64,000 nucleotides of DNA from Clostridia bacterium. Its GTDB lineage: Bacteria; Bacillota; Clostridia; Oscillospirales; SIG627. The stretch covers positions 117,681 to 181,680 of the forward strand of contig JAFUKG010000032.1 of assembly GCA_017467865.1 (NCBI GenBank). The letters are read 5' to 3'. The position numbers and the translations under genes are program-made. Below are positions 1-11,724 of the stretch, in pieces. A model generated the notes under the pieces. It saw only the letters and a list, made by a program, of their open reading frames with translations. It was not told where the DNA came from and did not search any database. Positions within the stretch are counted from its first letter, which is position 1, and every line of letters begins with the position of its first letter.

Positions 1-2094
1 ACTAAGGAAGTAAGATACCTTACTGCCGACGAAGAGGACGAATATATCGTAGCTCAGGCTAACGAGCCTCTTGACGCTGACGGAAGATTTATAAACAAGA
101 AGGTAACTGCCCGTCAGAGAGAAGAAATCGTCGTTGTTGATGCAGAAGACATAGATTACATGGACGTTTCTCCCAAAATGGTGGTTTCAGTTGCCACAGC
201 ATTTATTCCTTTCCTTGAAAACGATGACAACTCCAGAGCGCTCATGGGTTCCAACATGCAGAAGCAGGCTGTTCCCCTTATGATAAACGACTCTCCCATC
301 GTAGGTACAGGTATGGAATATAAGGCTGCAGTTGACTCAGGTGTAACAGTTCTTGCAAAGCGTGCAGGTATTGTTGACAGAGTAACAGCAGACGAAATCA
401 TAATAAAGAACGACGACGGTATCAAGGATACCTATAAGCTTATTAAGTTCAAGCGTACCAACCAGGGTACCTGTAACAACCAGCGTCCCGTTGTATCAAA
501 GGGCGAAAGAGTAGAAGAGGGCGACGTTATTGCCGACGGTCTTGCAACCAAGAACGGCGAGGTTGCTCTCGGTAAGAATGCTCTTATCGGCTTTGTTACC
601 TGGGAAGGCTATAACTACGAGGACGCCGTACTTATCAACGAGCGCCTTGTAAGAGACGATATTTACACTTCAATCCATATAGAAGAGTATTCTCACGAGG
701 CAAGAGATACCAAGCTCGGTCCCGAAGAGATTACCCGTGAAATTCCCTCTGTGGGTCCCGAGGCTCTCAAGGACCTTGACGCTGACGGTATCGTCCGCAT
801 CGGTGCCGAGGTACACTCAGGCGACATTCTTGTAGGTAAGGTTACCCCCAAGGGTGAAACAGAGCTTACCGCAGAAGAGAGACTTCTCAGAGCAATCTTC
901 GGTGAAAAGGCAAGAGAAGTAAGAGACACATCTCTCAAGCTTCCTCACGGAGAAAGCGGTATAATAATCGACGTTAAGGTATTCACCCGTGCAAATCAGG
1001 ATGAGCTTGCACCCGGTGTAAATAAGGTAGTTAAGGTTTACGTTGCACAGAAGAGAAAGATTTCTGTCGGCGACAAAATGGCGGGCCGTCACGGTAATAA
1101 GGGTGTCGTATCAAGAATACTTCCCTCCGAGGATATGCCCTTCCTTCCCGACGGTACTCCTCTTGACATCGTTCTTAACCCTCTGGGCGTTCCTTCCCGA
1201 ATGAACATCGGTCAGGTGCTCGAGGTACACCTTGGCATTGCCGCAAAGAAGCTCGGCTTCAAGATAATGACCCCCGTATTCGACGGAGCAAAGGAAGAAA
1301 ATATTGCAGAGCTCCAGAGACTTGCAGGTCTTGACCGTGACGTTGTTCCCGGTGAAAACGTAGACGGTAAGAACGTATACGAGGCAATAGAAGAAAACGG
1401 CAATAAGATACTCCGCCGTCTCACAGCCGAAGAAAGAGCGGATAAGGATTATATTGAAGCTCTTATGTCCGAGGGCAGATTTAAGGTTATCGACGGTAAG
1501 ACTGTTCTTTACGACGGACGTACAGGTATGCCCTTCGATAATCCTGTAACCGTTGGTATTATGTACTTCTTAAAGCTTCACCATCTTGTTGACGATAAGA
1601 TTCACGCCCGTTCAACAGGTCCTTACTCGCTGGTTACTCAGCAGCCTTTGGGCGGTAAGGCTCAGTTCGGCGGACAGCGTTTCGGTGAAATGGAAGTATG
1701 GGCTCTTGAGGCGTATGGCGCAGCTTATACACTTCAGGAAATACTCACAGTTAAGTCCGACGATATCGTAGGACGTGTAAATGCCTTTGAATCTATTGTC
1801 AAGGGACAGAACATTCCTACTCCCGGTGTTCCCGAATCCTTCAAGGTGCTTGTTAAGGAGCTTCAGAGCCTTGGTCTTAATCTTCAGGCACTTGATGCTG
1901 ACGGAAACGAGATAGAGCTTCACGAAAACTCCGAGGAGGAAACTGCAAAGATTCGTGCGGCAGAGGATAACATCGACCCTGATATGATAGGCGAGGAAAT
2001 CAATGATATGGATGACCCGCTCTATGACGACGAGTATCAGGACACCTACGAAACAAGTGAAGAGTCAGACGATTATTCGGATGACGAAATATAA
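1..2094 (+). CDS. rpoB: DNA-directed RNA polymerase subunit beta, 3' part only (last 697 codons, open from the window edge); arm-A copy
   Basis: Frame-1 translation from nt 1 ([19 protein letters not shown]...) equals residues 606-1302 of the full 1302-aa RpoB ORF at 18773..22681. Contains RpoB motifs [13 protein letters not shown] and [19 protein letters not shown]. Confidence 0.9.
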   Translation, partial: TKEVRYLTADEEDEYIVAQANEPLDADGRFINKKVTARQREEIVVVDAEDIDYMDVSPKMVVSVATAFIPFLENDDNSRALMGSNMQKQAVPLMINDSPIVGTGMEYKAAVDSGVTVLAKRAGIVDRVTADEIIIKNDDGIKDTYKLIKFKRTNQGTCNNQRPVVSKGERVEEGDVIADGLATKNGEVALGKNALIGFVTWEGYNYEDAVLINERLVRDDIYTSIHIEEYSHEARDTKLGPEEITREIPSVGPEALKDLDADGIVRIGAEVHSGDILVGKVTPKGETELTAEERLLRAIFGEKAREVRDTSLKLPHGESGIIIDVKVFTRANQDELAPGVNKVVKVYVAQKRKISVGDKMAGRHGNKGVVSRILPSEDMPFLPDGTPLDIVLNPLGVPSRMNIGQVLEVHLGIAAKKLGFKIMTPVFDGAKEENIAELQRLAGLDRDVVPGENVDGKNVYEAIEENGNKILRRLTAEERADKDYIEALMSEGRFKVIDGKTVLYDGRTGMPFDNPVTVGIMYFLKLHHLVDDKIHARSTGPYSLVTQQPLGGKAQFGGQRFGEMEVWALEAYGAAYTLQEILTVKSDDIVGRVNAFESIVKGQNIPTPGVPESFKVLVKELQSLGLNLQALDADGNEIELHENSEEETAKIRAAEDNIDPDMIGEEINDMDDPLYDDEYQDTYETSEESDDYSDDEI

Positions 2095-2114
2095 GAAGAG
2101 GAGGAGAATAGATA

Positions 2115-5100
2115 ATGGATAATAAAGAATTCGCCAAAATTAAAATTGGTCTTGCTTCTCCTGAAATGATTCGTTCGTGGTCACACGGCGAAGTCACAAA
2201 GCCGGAAACAATCAATTACAGAACTCTCAAGCCCGAGCGCGACGGTCTTTTCTGCGAAAAGATATTCGGTCCCACAAAGGACTGGGAGTGCTACTGCGGT
2301 AAATACAAGAAGGTAAGATATCTCGGTAAGGTCTGTGAAAAGTGCGGAGTTGAGATTACTACCAAGAAGGTAAGAAGAGAAAGAATGGGACACATCGAGC
2401 TTGCCGCTCCCGTTTCCCACATCTGGTACTTCAGAGCCATTCCTTCAAGAATGGGACTTCTTCTCGACATCTCTCCCAAGCAGCTTGAAAAGGTACTCTA
2501 CTTTGCTCAGTATATAGTTACTGACCCCATGACCACAACTCTCGCAAAGCAGCAGGTTCTTTCCGAACAGGAATACCGCGAGGCTATGGAAAAGTTCGAG
2601 GGTAAATTTGAGGCAGGTATGGGAGCCGAGGCTATCCGTACACTCCTTGAAAAGATTGACCTTGATAAGACCTCTGAGGAGCTTAAGAACGAGCTTCTTA
2701 CAGCGTCAGGTCAGAAGAAGGCAAGAATAGTAAAGAGACTTGAGGTTGTAGAAGCATTCAGACTTTCGGGCAACCGCCCTGAGTGGATGATACTCAGCGT
2801 ACTTCCCGTAATTCCTCCCGAAATCAGACCTATGGTTCAGCTTGACGGCGGAAGATTTGCAACTTCAGACTTAAACGATCTTTACAGAAGAGTTATAAAC
2901 CGTAACAACCGTCTTAAAAAGCTTCTTGAAATGAAGGCGCCCGAAATCATTATCAAGAATGAAAAGCGTATGCTTCAGGAAGCAGTAGACGCCCTTATTG
3001 ACAACGGAAGAAGAGGAAGACCCGTTACGGGTCCCAACAACCGTGCTCTCAAATCTCTGTCCGAAATGCTCAGAGGTAAGCAGGGACGCTTCCGTCAGAA
3101 CCTTCTCGGTAAGCGTGTTGACTATTCAGGACGTTCAGTTATCGTCGTAGGACCCGAGCTTAAGATTTATCAGTGCGGACTTCCCAAGGAAATGGCACTT
3201 GAGCTCTTCAAGCCATTCGTAATGAAGAGACTTGTTGAAACAGGCAAGTCCTCCAATATTAAGGATGCTAAGAAGAAGGTAGAGCATCAGATGACAGAGG
3301 TGTGGGATGCTCTTGAAGTGGTTATCCGTGAGCACCCCGTACTCCTTAACCGAGCTCCCACTCTTCACAGACTTTCTATTCAGGCATTCGAGCCCGTTCT
3401 CGTAGAGGGACGTGCTATCAAGCTTCACCCCCTTGTATGTTCAGCGTTCAACGCCGACTTCGACGGGGACCAGATGCCTGTTCACGTACCCCTTTCAAGC
3501 GAAGCGCAGGCGGAAGCGAGATTTCTTATGCTCTCCGCTAACAACCTTCTTAAGCCCGCTAACGGACGTGCCGTTGCCGTTCCCACACAGGATATGGTAC
3601 TCGGTTCCTACTATCTCACCTATGTGAAGGCAGGCGAAAAGGGAGAGGGCAACGTATACCGTGACTTCAATGAAGCTAATATGGCTTATGAAAACGGATA
3701 CCTCGGACTTCATGCTCCCATCAAGATAAGAGCAGAGCGTGAGTTCAAGGGACAGAAGGTTACAGGACTTGTATCTTGTACACTCGGTAGATTTATCTTC
3801 AACAGCGTAATTCCTCAGAACTTACACTTTGTTGAAAGAAATACTCTTGAGGACGCCTTCGTTCTTGAAGTTAACCACGTGGTTAAAAAGGACGACCTTG
3901 GTAATATTATTGATGCGTCCATCAAGTATTGCGGAATTGCAAGAACCTCAAAGCTGCTTGACGATATCAAGGCTATGGGCTTCAAGTATTCCACAAAAGG
4001 CGCTATCACCATTTCCGTGTCCGATATGACAGTTCCTCCCAAGAAGAAGGACATCCTTGAAAAGGCTGACGCTAAGGTTGATTATATCACTCAGCTCTAC
4101 CGCAAGGGTCTTGCAACCGACGAGGAAAGAAGAAGTGCCGTTATCAAGACTTGGGAAGTGGCAACAAACGACGTTGCCAAGGCTCTTCAGGATAACCTTG
4201 ATAACTTCAACCCCATATTCATGATGGCTGACTCAGGTGCGAGAGGTTCAATCAAGCAGATAAGACAGCTTGCAGGTATGCGTGGTCTTATGGCTACCGC
4301 CTCAGGTAGAACTTTGGAAATTCCCATCAAGGCGAACTTCCGTGAAGGTCTTACCATACTTGAATATTTCACCGCGGCAAGAGGCGCCCGTAAGGGTCTT
4401 GCCGACACCGCTCTTCGTACTGCTGACTCAGGTTATCTGACAAGACGTCTTGTTGACGTTGCACAGCAGGTAATTATCCGTCAGGTTGACTGCGGAGATA
4501 CAAGAGGTGCTTGGATTACCGAAATCAGAGAGGGCAACGAGCTTATCGAGCCTTTGAAGGTAAGAATAGTGGGCAGATATATTATAGGTGACTTTACCGA
4601 TAAGGACGGAAACGTTATTGCCCGCGACGGAGACCTTATCAGCGAAGAACAGTCTATCGCAATTGAAAATGCAGTAAACGCTATGAGCGAAGAAGAGAAA
4701 AAGGAATTCAAGGGTATTCATATCCGTTCTATTCTCAACTGCCGTTCAAAGCATGGTATATGCGCACACTGCTACGGTGCCGATATGGCATCGGGCAAGG
4801 AAGTTAACATCGGTGAAGCAGTCGGTATCCTTGCCGCTCAGTCTATCGGTGAACCCGGTACACAGCTTACCATGAGAACCTTCCACACAGGTGGTATCGC
4901 CGGCGGAGACATCACTCAGGGTCTTCCCAGAGTTGAAGAGCTCTTTGAAGCACGCCGTCCCAAGAAGACTGCAATCATTGCGGAAATCGACGGTAAGGTA
5001 ATTATCGACAACACCAAGAAGAACAGACTTATCATAAAGAACGAGCTGTCGGGTGAAGAAAGAAGCTACCCCGTAGCTATGAGTGCAAGAATTCTTGCCG

Positions 5101-5678
5101 AGGACGGCGACTACGTTGTTCACGGTCAGAAGCTTACAGAGGGAACACTCTTCCCCACAGACGTAGCAAGAATTCAGGGTATGGACGAGGTTTACAGCTA
5201 TATTATCCGCGAAGTTCAGAAGGTTTACTGTCTGCAGAGCGTTGATATCAGCGATAAACACATCGAGGTCATTGCCCGTCAGATGACAAGAAAGGCAAGA
5301 GTAGAGGACGCAGGAGATACAAACCTTCTTGCAGGCTCGCTTGTTGACGTTTCCGAAATCATCACCGAAAACGAAATCATAGAGAAGAGAGTTAAGGAGG
5401 GCGAAACGACCCTTAGAGAGGCAACCTATACTCCCGTTCTTCAGGGTATCACAAAGGCTTCACTCTCTACCGACTCCTTCCTTTCCGCAGCTTCCTTCCA
5501 GGAAACTACAAAGGTTCTTACCGAGGCTGCTATCAAGGGTAAGGTTGATCCCCTTCTCGGTCTTAAGGAGAACGTTATCATCGGTAAGCTTATCCCCGCA
5601 GGTACGGGTCTTAATATCTACCGTGATATCGAGGTTGCTCCCAATGACACAATTCCTGCTATCACAACAGCAGATTAA
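2115..5678 (+). CDS. rpoC: DNA-directed RNA polymerase subunit beta prime; arm-A copy
   Basis: 1187-aa ORF with an aggagga SD. Has the catalytic NADFDGDQM motif and N-terminal zinc-binding cysteines (CYCGKYKK...CEKCG). Starts 20 nt after rpoB. Confidence 0.95.
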   Translation: MDNKEFAKIKIGLASPEMIRSWSHGEVTKPETINYRTLKPERDGLFCEKIFGPTKDWECYCGKYKKVRYLGKVCEKCGVEITTKKVRRERMGHIELAAPVSHIWYFRAIPSRMGLLLDISPKQLEKVLYFAQYIVTDPMTTTLAKQQVLSEQEYREAMEKFEGKFEAGMGAEAIRTLLEKIDLDKTSEELKNELLTASGQKKARIVKRLEVVEAFRLSGNRPEWMILSVLPVIPPEIRPMVQLDGGRFATSDLNDLYRRVINRNNRLKKLLEMKAPEIIIKNEKRMLQEAVDALIDNGRRGRPVTGPNNRALKSLSEMLRGKQGRFRQNLLGKRVDYSGRSVIVVGPELKIYQCGLPKEMALELFKPFVMKRLVETGKSSNIKDAKKKVEHQMTEVWDALEVVIREHPVLLNRAPTLHRLSIQAFEPVLVEGRAIKLHPLVCSAFNADFDGDQMPVHVPLSSEAQAEARFLMLSANNLLKPANGRAVAVPTQDMVLGSYYLTYVKAGEKGEGNVYRDFNEANMAYENGYLGLHAPIKIRAEREFKGQKVTGLVSCTLGRFIFNSVIPQNLHFVERNTLEDAFVLEVNHVVKKDDLGNIIDASIKYCGIARTSKLLDDIKAMGFKYSTKGAITISVSDMTVPPKKKDILEKADAKVDYITQLYRKGLATDEERRSAVIKTWEVATNDVAKALQDNLDNFNPIFMMADSGARGSIKQIRQLAGMRGLMATASGRTLEIPIKANFREGLTILEYFTAARGARKGLADTALRTADSGYLTRRLVDVAQQVIIRQVDCGDTRGAWITEIREGNELIEPLKVRIVGRYIIGDFTDKDGNVIARDGDLISEEQSIAIENAVNAMSEEEKKEFKGIHIRSILNCRSKHGICAHCYGADMASGKEVNIGEAVGILAAQSIGEPGTQLTMRTFHTGGIAGGDITQGLPRVEELFEARRPKKTAIIAEIDGKVIIDNTKKNRLIIKNELSGEERSYPVAMSARILAEDGDYVVHGQKLTEGTLFPTDVARIQGMDEVYSYIIREVQKVYCLQSVDISDKHIEVIARQMTRKARVEDAGDTNLLAGSLVDVSEIITENEIIEKRVKEGETTLREATYTPVLQGITKASLSTDSFLSAASFQETTKVLTEAAIKGKVDPLLGLKENVIIGKLIPAGTGLNIYRDIEVAPNDTIPAITTAD

Positions 5679-5754
5679 GATTGACAATCAACCGTCAGTT
5701 TTAACAAAAGTAATTGTGCAAATTGCTGAAATTTAAAATTATTTTGCATTTTGA

Positions 5755-5783
5755 TTGACATTGAAAACTTGATAATGTAAAAT
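5755..5783 (+). promoter_or_regulatory. Sigma-70/SigA-type promoter of the rpsL-rpsG-fusA-tuf (str) operon; arm-A copy
   Basis: TTGACA (5755..5760), 17-nt spacer, TAAAAT (5778..5783). A leader of about 110 nt follows, with a 9-bp stem-loop near 5833..5855. Confidence 0.5.
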
Positions 5784-5898
5784 ATATTAGTAATTCTGCG
5801 CAATTATGTTTACAAGTTAGATTTTGCCGAAGCTCGCAGGGAGAACCCCTGCGGGTATCGGTGTGTCTATAAAAAATTAAAGAGAAGGAGGAAAAATA

Positions 5899-6321
5899 AT
5901 GCCAACATTTAACCAGCTGGTTAGACACGGACGTGAGCAGGTAGCTTACAAATCAAAGTCTCCCGCACTTCAGGTAGGTGTTAACACCCTCAAGAAGCAG
6001 ACAACAAACGTTCCGTCTCCCCAGAAGCGTGGTGTTTGCACAAAGGTTACAACCAAGACCCCTAAGAAGCCTAACTCAGCTCTTCGTAAGATTGCCAGAG
6101 TAAGACTTACCAACGGTCAGGAAGTTACTGCTTACATTCCCGGCATTGGACATAACATTCAGGAACACTCTGTTGTTATGATCAGAGGCGGAAGAGTAAA
6201 GGACCTTCCCGGTGTACGTTACCATATTATCCGTGGTACACTTGATACACAGGGCGTTGCAAACAGAAATCAGTCTCGCTCTAAGTATGGAGCAAAGAAG
6301 GCAAAGGCGGCTAAGAAGTAA
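5899..6321 (+). CDS. rpsL: 30S ribosomal protein S12; arm-A copy
   Basis: 140-aa ORF beginning [13 protein letters not shown], with the KKPNSALRK motif. SD is aaggagg. Confidence 0.97.
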   Translation: MPTFNQLVRHGREQVAYKSKSPALQVGVNTLKKQTTNVPSPQKRGVCTKVTTKTPKKPNSALRKIARVRLTNGQEVTAYIPGIGHNIQEHSVVMIRGGRVKDLPGVRYHIIRGTLDTQGVANRNQSRSKYGAKKAKAAKK

Positions 6322-6476
6322 GCTTTTGCAGATACTTGACACAGACAAAAAACAGCTTGTGCTTGAAATATAACAGCATACTTTTATATATAGATTATGA
6401 GGTTTCTTCAAGCACTTACGGGGCAGAAAACTGTTCCGAGTACCGCTGATATCATTTTATGAAGGAGGGAAGTTCA

Positions 6477-6947
6477 GTGCCAAGAAGAGGTCAAATTTCA
6501 AAAAGAGACGTTCTGCCGGATCCTATATACGGTTCCAAGCTTGTAACAAAGCTTGTTAACAATATTATGCTGGACGGCAAGAAGGGTATAGCACAGGGTA
6601 TCGTATACGATGCTTTTGCTATCGTTGAAGAAAAGCTCGGAGAGAATCCTCTCGAATCATTCCAAAAGGCTCTTGAGAACATTATGCCCACTCTCGAGGT
6701 TAAGGCTCGCAGAGTAGGTGGTTCTACCTATCAGGTGCCCATGGAAGTAAGACCTGAAAGAAAGCAGACACTCGGTCTCAGATGGCTCATCACTTATGCG
6801 AGAGCAAGAGGCGAGAGAACTATGGCTGAAAGACTTGCAGGTGAAATTATGGACGCTATCAACAACACGGGTCGCGCTGTAAAGAAGAAAGAAGACACAC
6901 ACAAGATGGCAGAAGCCAACAAGGCTTTCTCTCATTTCAAGTGGTAA
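6477..6947 (+). CDS. rpsG: 30S ribosomal protein S7; arm-A copy
   Basis: GTG at 6477 is preceded by gaaggaggg and gives the N-terminus [12 protein letters not shown] typical of S7. The ORF-track start at 6459 has no SD. The C-terminus ends ..AFSHFKW. Confidence 0.92.
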   Translation: MPRRGQISKRDVLPDPIYGSKLVTKLVNNIMLDGKKGIAQGIVYDAFAIVEEKLGENPLESFQKALENIMPTLEVKARRVGGSTYQVPMEVRPERKQTLGLRWLITYARARGERTMAERLAGEIMDAINNTGRAVKKKEDTHKMAEANKAFSHFKW

Positions 6948-7018
6948 TTTCCGTTTTACCATTTTTAATATTTGTGAAAAAATCGGAAATTATTTAATAA
7001 AACTGAAAGGAGAAAATT

Positions 7019-9142
7019 ATGCCAAGAGATTGTTCACTTGAAAAAACAAGAAATATCGGTATTATGGCTCACATCGACGCCGGAAAGACTACCACAACAG
7101 AGCGTATTCTTTTCTATACCGGTAAAACTCATAAAATCGGTGAAACTCACGAAGGTTCTGCAACAATGGACTGGATGGAGCAGGAGCAGGAGCGTGGTAT
7201 CACTATCACATCTGCTGCAACCACATGTTACTGGGCACATTCAGATTTCCACACAGACCAAAAGAGCGTTGAGGCTAACAAGCACCGTATAAACATTATT
7301 GATACCCCCGGCCACGTTGACTTCACGGTTGAGGTTGAGCGTTCACTCAGAGTACTTGACGGCTCCGTTACAGTATTCTGTGCTAAGGGCGGTGTTGAAC
7401 CTCAGTCTGAAACCGTTTGGCGTCAGGCTGACAAATATCATGTTCCCCGTATGGCTTATGTAAATAAGATGGATATTATGGGTGCTAACTTCTACAGAGT
7501 TGTAGGAATGATGCATGACCGTCTTAAAGCTAATGCCGTTCCGATTCAGCTTCCTATCGGTGCTGAAGCAGAGTTCAAGGGTATTATCGACCTTTTCGGC
7601 ATGAAGGCTTATATTTACACTAACGACCTTGGAACAGATATCCTCGAGGAAGAAATTCCCGCAGATATGAAGGATAAGGCAGAAGAGTATCACGCAGACC
7701 TCATCGAGAAGATCGCTGAGACCGACGATGAACTCATGATGAAATATCTTGAAGGCGAAGAGCTTACTATTCCCGAGCTCAAGAAGGCACTCAGAAAGGC
7801 TACTATCGACAATAAGATAGTTCCCGTTTGCTGCGGTACCTCTTATAAGAACAAGGGTGTTCAGAAGCTTCTCGACGCAGTTATTGACTTTATGCCTTCT
7901 CCTCTTGATATCGAAAATATCAAGGGTGTTGACCAGATTACAGGTGAGGAGAGCGAGCGTCCTACCGATGACAATGCGCCTTTTGCAGCTCTTGCATTCA
8001 AGATTGCAACAGACCCCTTCGTTGGTAAGCTTTGCTTCATCCGTGTATATTCCGGTAAGATGACTGCAGGTCAGACTGTTTACAACGCTACCAAGCAGTC
8101 CAGAGAGCGTCTTGGACGTATCGTTCAGATGCACTCCAACAACAGAATCGATATTGATGAGCTTTACGCAGGTGACATTGCCGCAGTTGTTGGTGTAAAG
8201 AACACTACAACAGGTGATACACTTTGTGACGAAGACCATCCTATCATTCTCGAATCTATGGAGTTCCCTGAACCCGTTATTCGAGTTGCTATCGAGCCTA
8301 AGACTAAGGCAGGTCAGGAAAAGATGGGTATCGCTCTTCAGAAGCTTGCTGAAGAAGACCCCACATTCCGTTGCTATACAGATGAAGAAACAGGTCAGAC
8401 AATTATCGCCGGAATGGGCGAGTTGCACCTTGAAATCATCGTAGACAGACTTCTTCGTGAGTTCCACGTTGAAGCTGACGTTGGTAAGCCTCAGGTTGCA
8501 TACAAGGAAACTATCCGCAAGTCTGCGGACGTTGACCACAAGTATGCACGTCAGTCCGGTGGTAAGGGTCAGTACGGTCACGTTAAGATGATCATTGAGC
8601 CTAACGAATCGGGCAAGGGTTACGAATTCATCAACAAAGTTGTTGGCGGTAACATTCCTAAGGAATATATCCCCGCAGTAGACGCAGGTGTACAGGGTGC
8701 TATGACATCCGGTGTCATCGCAGGCTACAACGTTGTTGACGTTAAGGTAACACTTTATGACGGTTCTTATCACGAAGTTGACTCTTCTGAAATGGCGTTC
8801 AAGATTGCCGCTTCAATGGCATTCAAGGAAGGTATGAGAAAGGCTGACCCCGTTCTCACCGAGCCTATCATGAAGGTTGTCGTAGTAGTACCCGACGATT
8901 ACATGGGAGACGTTATCGGTGATATCAACTCCCGCCGTGGTCAGATTCAGGGTATGGAGCAGGTAGGACAGGGCGTTCAGGAAATCAACGCATTTGTTCC
9001 CCTTGCATCAATGTTCGGTTATGCCACAGACCTTCGTTCTAAGACACAGGGTCGTGGACAGTATACAATGGAACCCAGCCACTACACCGAAGTTCCTAAG
9101 AGCATTCAGGAAGAAATCGTTGCAGGCAAGGCTAAGGCATAA
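7019..9142 (+). CDS. fusA: Elongation factor G; arm-A copy
   Basis: 707-aa ORF with GTPase motifs [17 protein letters not shown] and NKMD. SD is aaaggag. Confidence 0.97.
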   Translation: MPRDCSLEKTRNIGIMAHIDAGKTTTTERILFYTGKTHKIGETHEGSATMDWMEQEQERGITITSAATTCYWAHSDFHTDQKSVEANKHRINIIDTPGHVDFTVEVERSLRVLDGSVTVFCAKGGVEPQSETVWRQADKYHVPRMAYVNKMDIMGANFYRVVGMMHDRLKANAVPIQLPIGAEAEFKGIIDLFGMKAYIYTNDLGTDILEEEIPADMKDKAEEYHADLIEKIAETDDELMMKYLEGEELTIPELKKALRKATIDNKIVPVCCGTSYKNKGVQKLLDAVIDFMPSPLDIENIKGVDQITGEESERPTDDNAPFAALAFKIATDPFVGKLCFIRVYSGKMTAGQTVYNATKQSRERLGRIVQMHSNNRIDIDELYAGDIAAVVGVKNTTTGDTLCDEDHPIILESMEFPEPVIRVAIEPKTKAGQEKMGIALQKLAEEDPTFRCYTDEETGQTIIAGMGELHLEIIVDRLLREFHVEADVGKPQVAYKETIRKSADVDHKYARQSGGKGQYGHVKMIIEPNESGKGYEFINKVVGGNIPKEYIPAVDAGVQGAMTSGVIAGYNVVDVKVTLYDGSYHEVDSSEMAFKIAASMAFKEGMRKADPVLTEPIMKVVVVVPDDYMGDVIGDINSRRGQIQGMEQVGQGVQEINAFVPLASMFGYATDLRSKTQGRGQYTMEPSHYTEVPKSIQEEIVAGKAKA

Positions 9143-9196
9143 CAAAAAATTAAATTTAAAAAACAAAAAAACACATAAAACAGGAGGAAATTTACA

Positions 9197-10402
9197 ATGG
9201 CAAAGGCAAAATTCGAAAGAACAAAACCCCATGTTAACATTGGTACAATCGGTCACGTTGACCATGGTAAGACAACTCTTACCGCAGCAATTACAAAATA
9301 TCTTTCTCTCGGTAACGACAAGAACGAGGCTATGGCTTACGACCAGATCGACAACGCTCCCGAAGAAAGAGCACGTGGTATCACGATCAACACAAGACAC
9401 GTTGAGTACGAAACAGCTAACAGACACTATGCACACGTTGACTGTCCCGGCCACGCTGACTACGTTAAGAACATGATCACAGGTGCTGCTCAGATGGACG
9501 GCGGTATCCTTGTTGTTGCTGGTACTGACGGTCCCATGCAGCAGACTCGTGAGCACATCCTTCTTGCTCGTCAGGTTGGTGTTCCTGCTCTTGTTGTATT
9601 CATCAACAAGTGCGACATGGTTGACGACGAGGAACTTCTTGAGCTCGTTGAAATGGAAATCAGAGGACTCCTTGATGAGTACGATTTCCCCGGAGACGAT
9701 ATCCCGATTGTAAGAGGTTCTGCAAGAGAAGCTCTTATCTCTGAGTCTACAAGCGCTGATGATGCAGTTTATGCTCCTATCAAGGAACTCATGGACGCAG
9801 TTGACAGCTATATTCCTACTCCCGACAGAAAGGCTGATATGCCCTTCCTTATGCCTGTCGAGGACGTATTCTCTATCTCCGGACGTGGTACAGTTGCTAC
9901 AGGTAGAGTAGAGCGTGGTACAATCCACATGAACGAAGAAGTTGAACTCGTAGGTCTTGCTGATGAGAGCAGAAAGACTGTTGTTACAGGTATCGAAATG
10001 TTCCACAAGCTCATGGACGATGCTGAAGCAGGTGACAACGTTGGTCTTCTTCTCCGTGGTATCCAGAAGAACGAGATTGAAAGAGGACAAGTTCTTGCTA
10101 AGCCCGGCTCTATCAATCCTCACACCAAGTTCGTTGGTCAGGTTTACGTTCTTACTGAAAAGGAAGGCGGACGTCATAAGCCCTTCTTCACAAACTACAG
10201 ACCTCAGTTCTACTTCAGAACTACCGACGTTACAGGTGTTATCACTCTTCCCGAAGGCGTTGAAATGTGCAACCCCGGCGATAACGTAGATATGAACGTT
10301 GAGCTCATCACTCCTATCGCTATTGAAAAGGGTCTTCGTTTCGCTATCCGTGAGGGTGGTAGAACAGTTGGTTCCGGTGTCGTTTCCGAAATCAAGGAAT
10401 AA
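9197..10402 (+). CDS. tuf: Elongation factor Tu; arm-A copy
   Basis: 401-aa ORF beginning [28 protein letters not shown], with DCPGHADY and NKCD motifs. SD is aggagg. Confidence 0.98.
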   Translation: MAKAKFERTKPHVNIGTIGHVDHGKTTLTAAITKYLSLGNDKNEAMAYDQIDNAPEERARGITINTRHVEYETANRHYAHVDCPGHADYVKNMITGAAQMDGGILVVAGTDGPMQQTREHILLARQVGVPALVVFINKCDMVDDEELLELVEMEIRGLLDEYDFPGDDIPIVRGSAREALISESTSADDAVYAPIKELMDAVDSYIPTPDRKADMPFLMPVEDVFSISGRGTVATGRVERGTIHMNEEVELVGLADESRKTVVTGIEMFHKLMDDAEAGDNVGLLLRGIQKNEIERGQVLAKPGSINPHTKFVGQVYVLTEKEGGRHKPFFTNYRPQFYFRTTDVTGVITLPEGVEMCNPGDNVDMNVELITPIAIEKGLRFAIREGGRTVGSGVVSEIKE

Positions 10403-10464
10403 TTTATAAGCGATAATAAAAAGGTTTACGCTATAGCGTAAACCTTTTTATTATCGCTTATAAA
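10403..10464. terminator. Bidirectional rho-independent terminator hairpin after tuf; also the exact centre of the 20.9-kb palindrome
   Basis: The 62-nt spacer is perfectly self-complementary. Its core is aaaaaggtttacgc ta|ta gcgtaaaccttttt (10418..10449), and the symmetry axis lies between 10433 and 10434. Confidence 0.75.
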
Positions 10465-11670
10465 TTATTCCTTGATTTCGGAAACGACACCGGAACCAAC
10501 TGTTCTACCACCCTCACGGATAGCGAAACGAAGACCCTTTTCAATAGCGATAGGAGTGATGAGCTCAACGTTCATATCTACGTTATCGCCGGGGTTGCAC
10601 ATTTCAACGCCTTCGGGAAGAGTGATAACACCTGTAACGTCGGTAGTTCTGAAGTAGAACTGAGGTCTGTAGTTTGTGAAGAAGGGCTTATGACGTCCGC
10701 CTTCCTTTTCAGTAAGAACGTAAACCTGACCAACGAACTTGGTGTGAGGATTGATAGAGCCGGGCTTAGCAAGAACTTGTCCTCTTTCAATCTCGTTCTT
10801 CTGGATACCACGGAGAAGAAGACCAACGTTGTCACCTGCTTCAGCATCGTCCATGAGCTTGTGGAACATTTCGATACCTGTAACAACAGTCTTTCTGCTC
10901 TCATCAGCAAGACCTACGAGTTCAACTTCTTCGTTCATGTGGATTGTACCACGCTCTACTCTACCTGTAGCAACTGTACCACGTCCGGAGATAGAGAATA
11001 CGTCCTCGACAGGCATAAGGAAGGGCATATCAGCCTTTCTGTCGGGAGTAGGAATATAGCTGTCAACTGCGTCCATGAGTTCCTTGATAGGAGCATAAAC
11101 TGCATCATCAGCGCTTGTAGACTCAGAGATAAGAGCTTCTCTTGCAGAACCTCTTACAATCGGGATATCGTCTCCGGGGAAATCGTACTCATCAAGGAGT
11201 CCTCTGATTTCCATTTCAACGAGCTCAAGAAGTTCCTCGTCGTCAACCATGTCGCACTTGTTGATGAATACAACAAGAGCAGGAACACCAACCTGACGAG
11301 CAAGAAGGATGTGCTCACGAGTCTGCTGCATGGGACCGTCAGTACCAGCAACAACAAGGATACCGCCGTCCATCTGAGCAGCACCTGTGATCATGTTCTT
11401 AACGTAGTCAGCGTGGCCGGGACAGTCAACGTGTGCATAGTGTCTGTTAGCTGTTTCGTACTCAACGTGTCTTGTGTTGATCGTGATACCACGTGCTCTT
11501 TCTTCGGGAGCGTTGTCGATCTGGTCGTAAGCCATAGCCTCGTTCTTGTCGTTACCGAGAGAAAGATATTTTGTAATTGCTGCGGTAAGAGTTGTCTTAC
11601 CATGGTCAACGTGACCGATTGTACCAATGTTAACATGGGGTTTTGTTCTTTCGAATTTTGCCTTTGCCAT
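10465..11670 (-). CDS. tuf: Elongation factor Tu; arm-B copy, contiguous with unique DNA and taken as native
   Basis: Exact reverse-complement copy of 9197..10402 (identical 401-aa product). Confidence 0.98.
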   Translation of the reverse strand: MAKAKFERTKPHVNIGTIGHVDHGKTTLTAAITKYLSLGNDKNEAMAYDQIDNAPEERARGITINTRHVEYETANRHYAHVDCPGHADYVKNMITGAAQMDGGILVVAGTDGPMQQTREHILLARQVGVPALVVFINKCDMVDDEELLELVEMEIRGLLDEYDFPGDDIPIVRGSAREALISESTSADDAVYAPIKELMDAVDSYIPTPDRKADMPFLMPVEDVFSISGRGTVATGRVERGTIHMNEEVELVGLADESRKTVVTGIEMFHKLMDDAEAGDNVGLLLRGIQKNEIERGQVLAKPGSINPHTKFVGQVYVLTEKEGGRHKPFFTNYRPQFYFRTTDVTGVITLPEGVEMCNPGDNVDMNVELITPIAIEKGLRFAIREGGRTVGSGVVSEIKE

Positions 11671-11724
11671 TGTAAATTTCCTCCTGTTTTATGTGTTTTT
11701 TTGTTTTTTAAATTTAATTTTTTG

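Noticed and set aside
6322-6476. Long-range stem (gtgcttgaa at about 6358 pairing with ttcaagcac at about 6406) in the rpsL-rpsG spacer as an S7 autoregulatory site
   Set aside because: It is plausible by analogy with E. coli S7 feedback on the str mRNA. However, it rests on one 9-bp pairing read by eye, with no covariation evidence, so I do not report it as a feature.
7235-7282. Extra loop [15 protein letters not shown] in the EF-G G domain before the DTPGH motif
   Set aside because: This segment between switch I and G3 varies in length among EF-G proteins (E. coli also has a longer loop than Bacillus). I cannot show that it is unusual without an alignment.
7343-8773. 476-aa ORF antisense to fusA (mirror copy at 12094..13524)
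   Set aside because: It lies entirely inside, and opposite to, a very well supported EF-G gene. The product is Cys/Asn/Leu/Val-rich with no motifs and no SD. Long antisense ORFs are expected opposite highly codon-biased genes.
9008-10177. 389-aa ORF antisense to tuf (mirror copy at 10690..11859)
   Set aside because: Same reasoning: it is embedded antisense in EF-Tu, its composition looks like low-complexity nonsense, and it has no translation signals.
10465-11670. Second tuf gene as a genuine tufA/tufB-type paralogue
   Set aside because: Real tuf duplicates share only the coding region and sit in different contexts. Here identity extends 10.4 kb through five more genes and all intergenic DNA, in perfect mirror symmetry. 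It is therefore part of the palindrome, not an independent paralogue.
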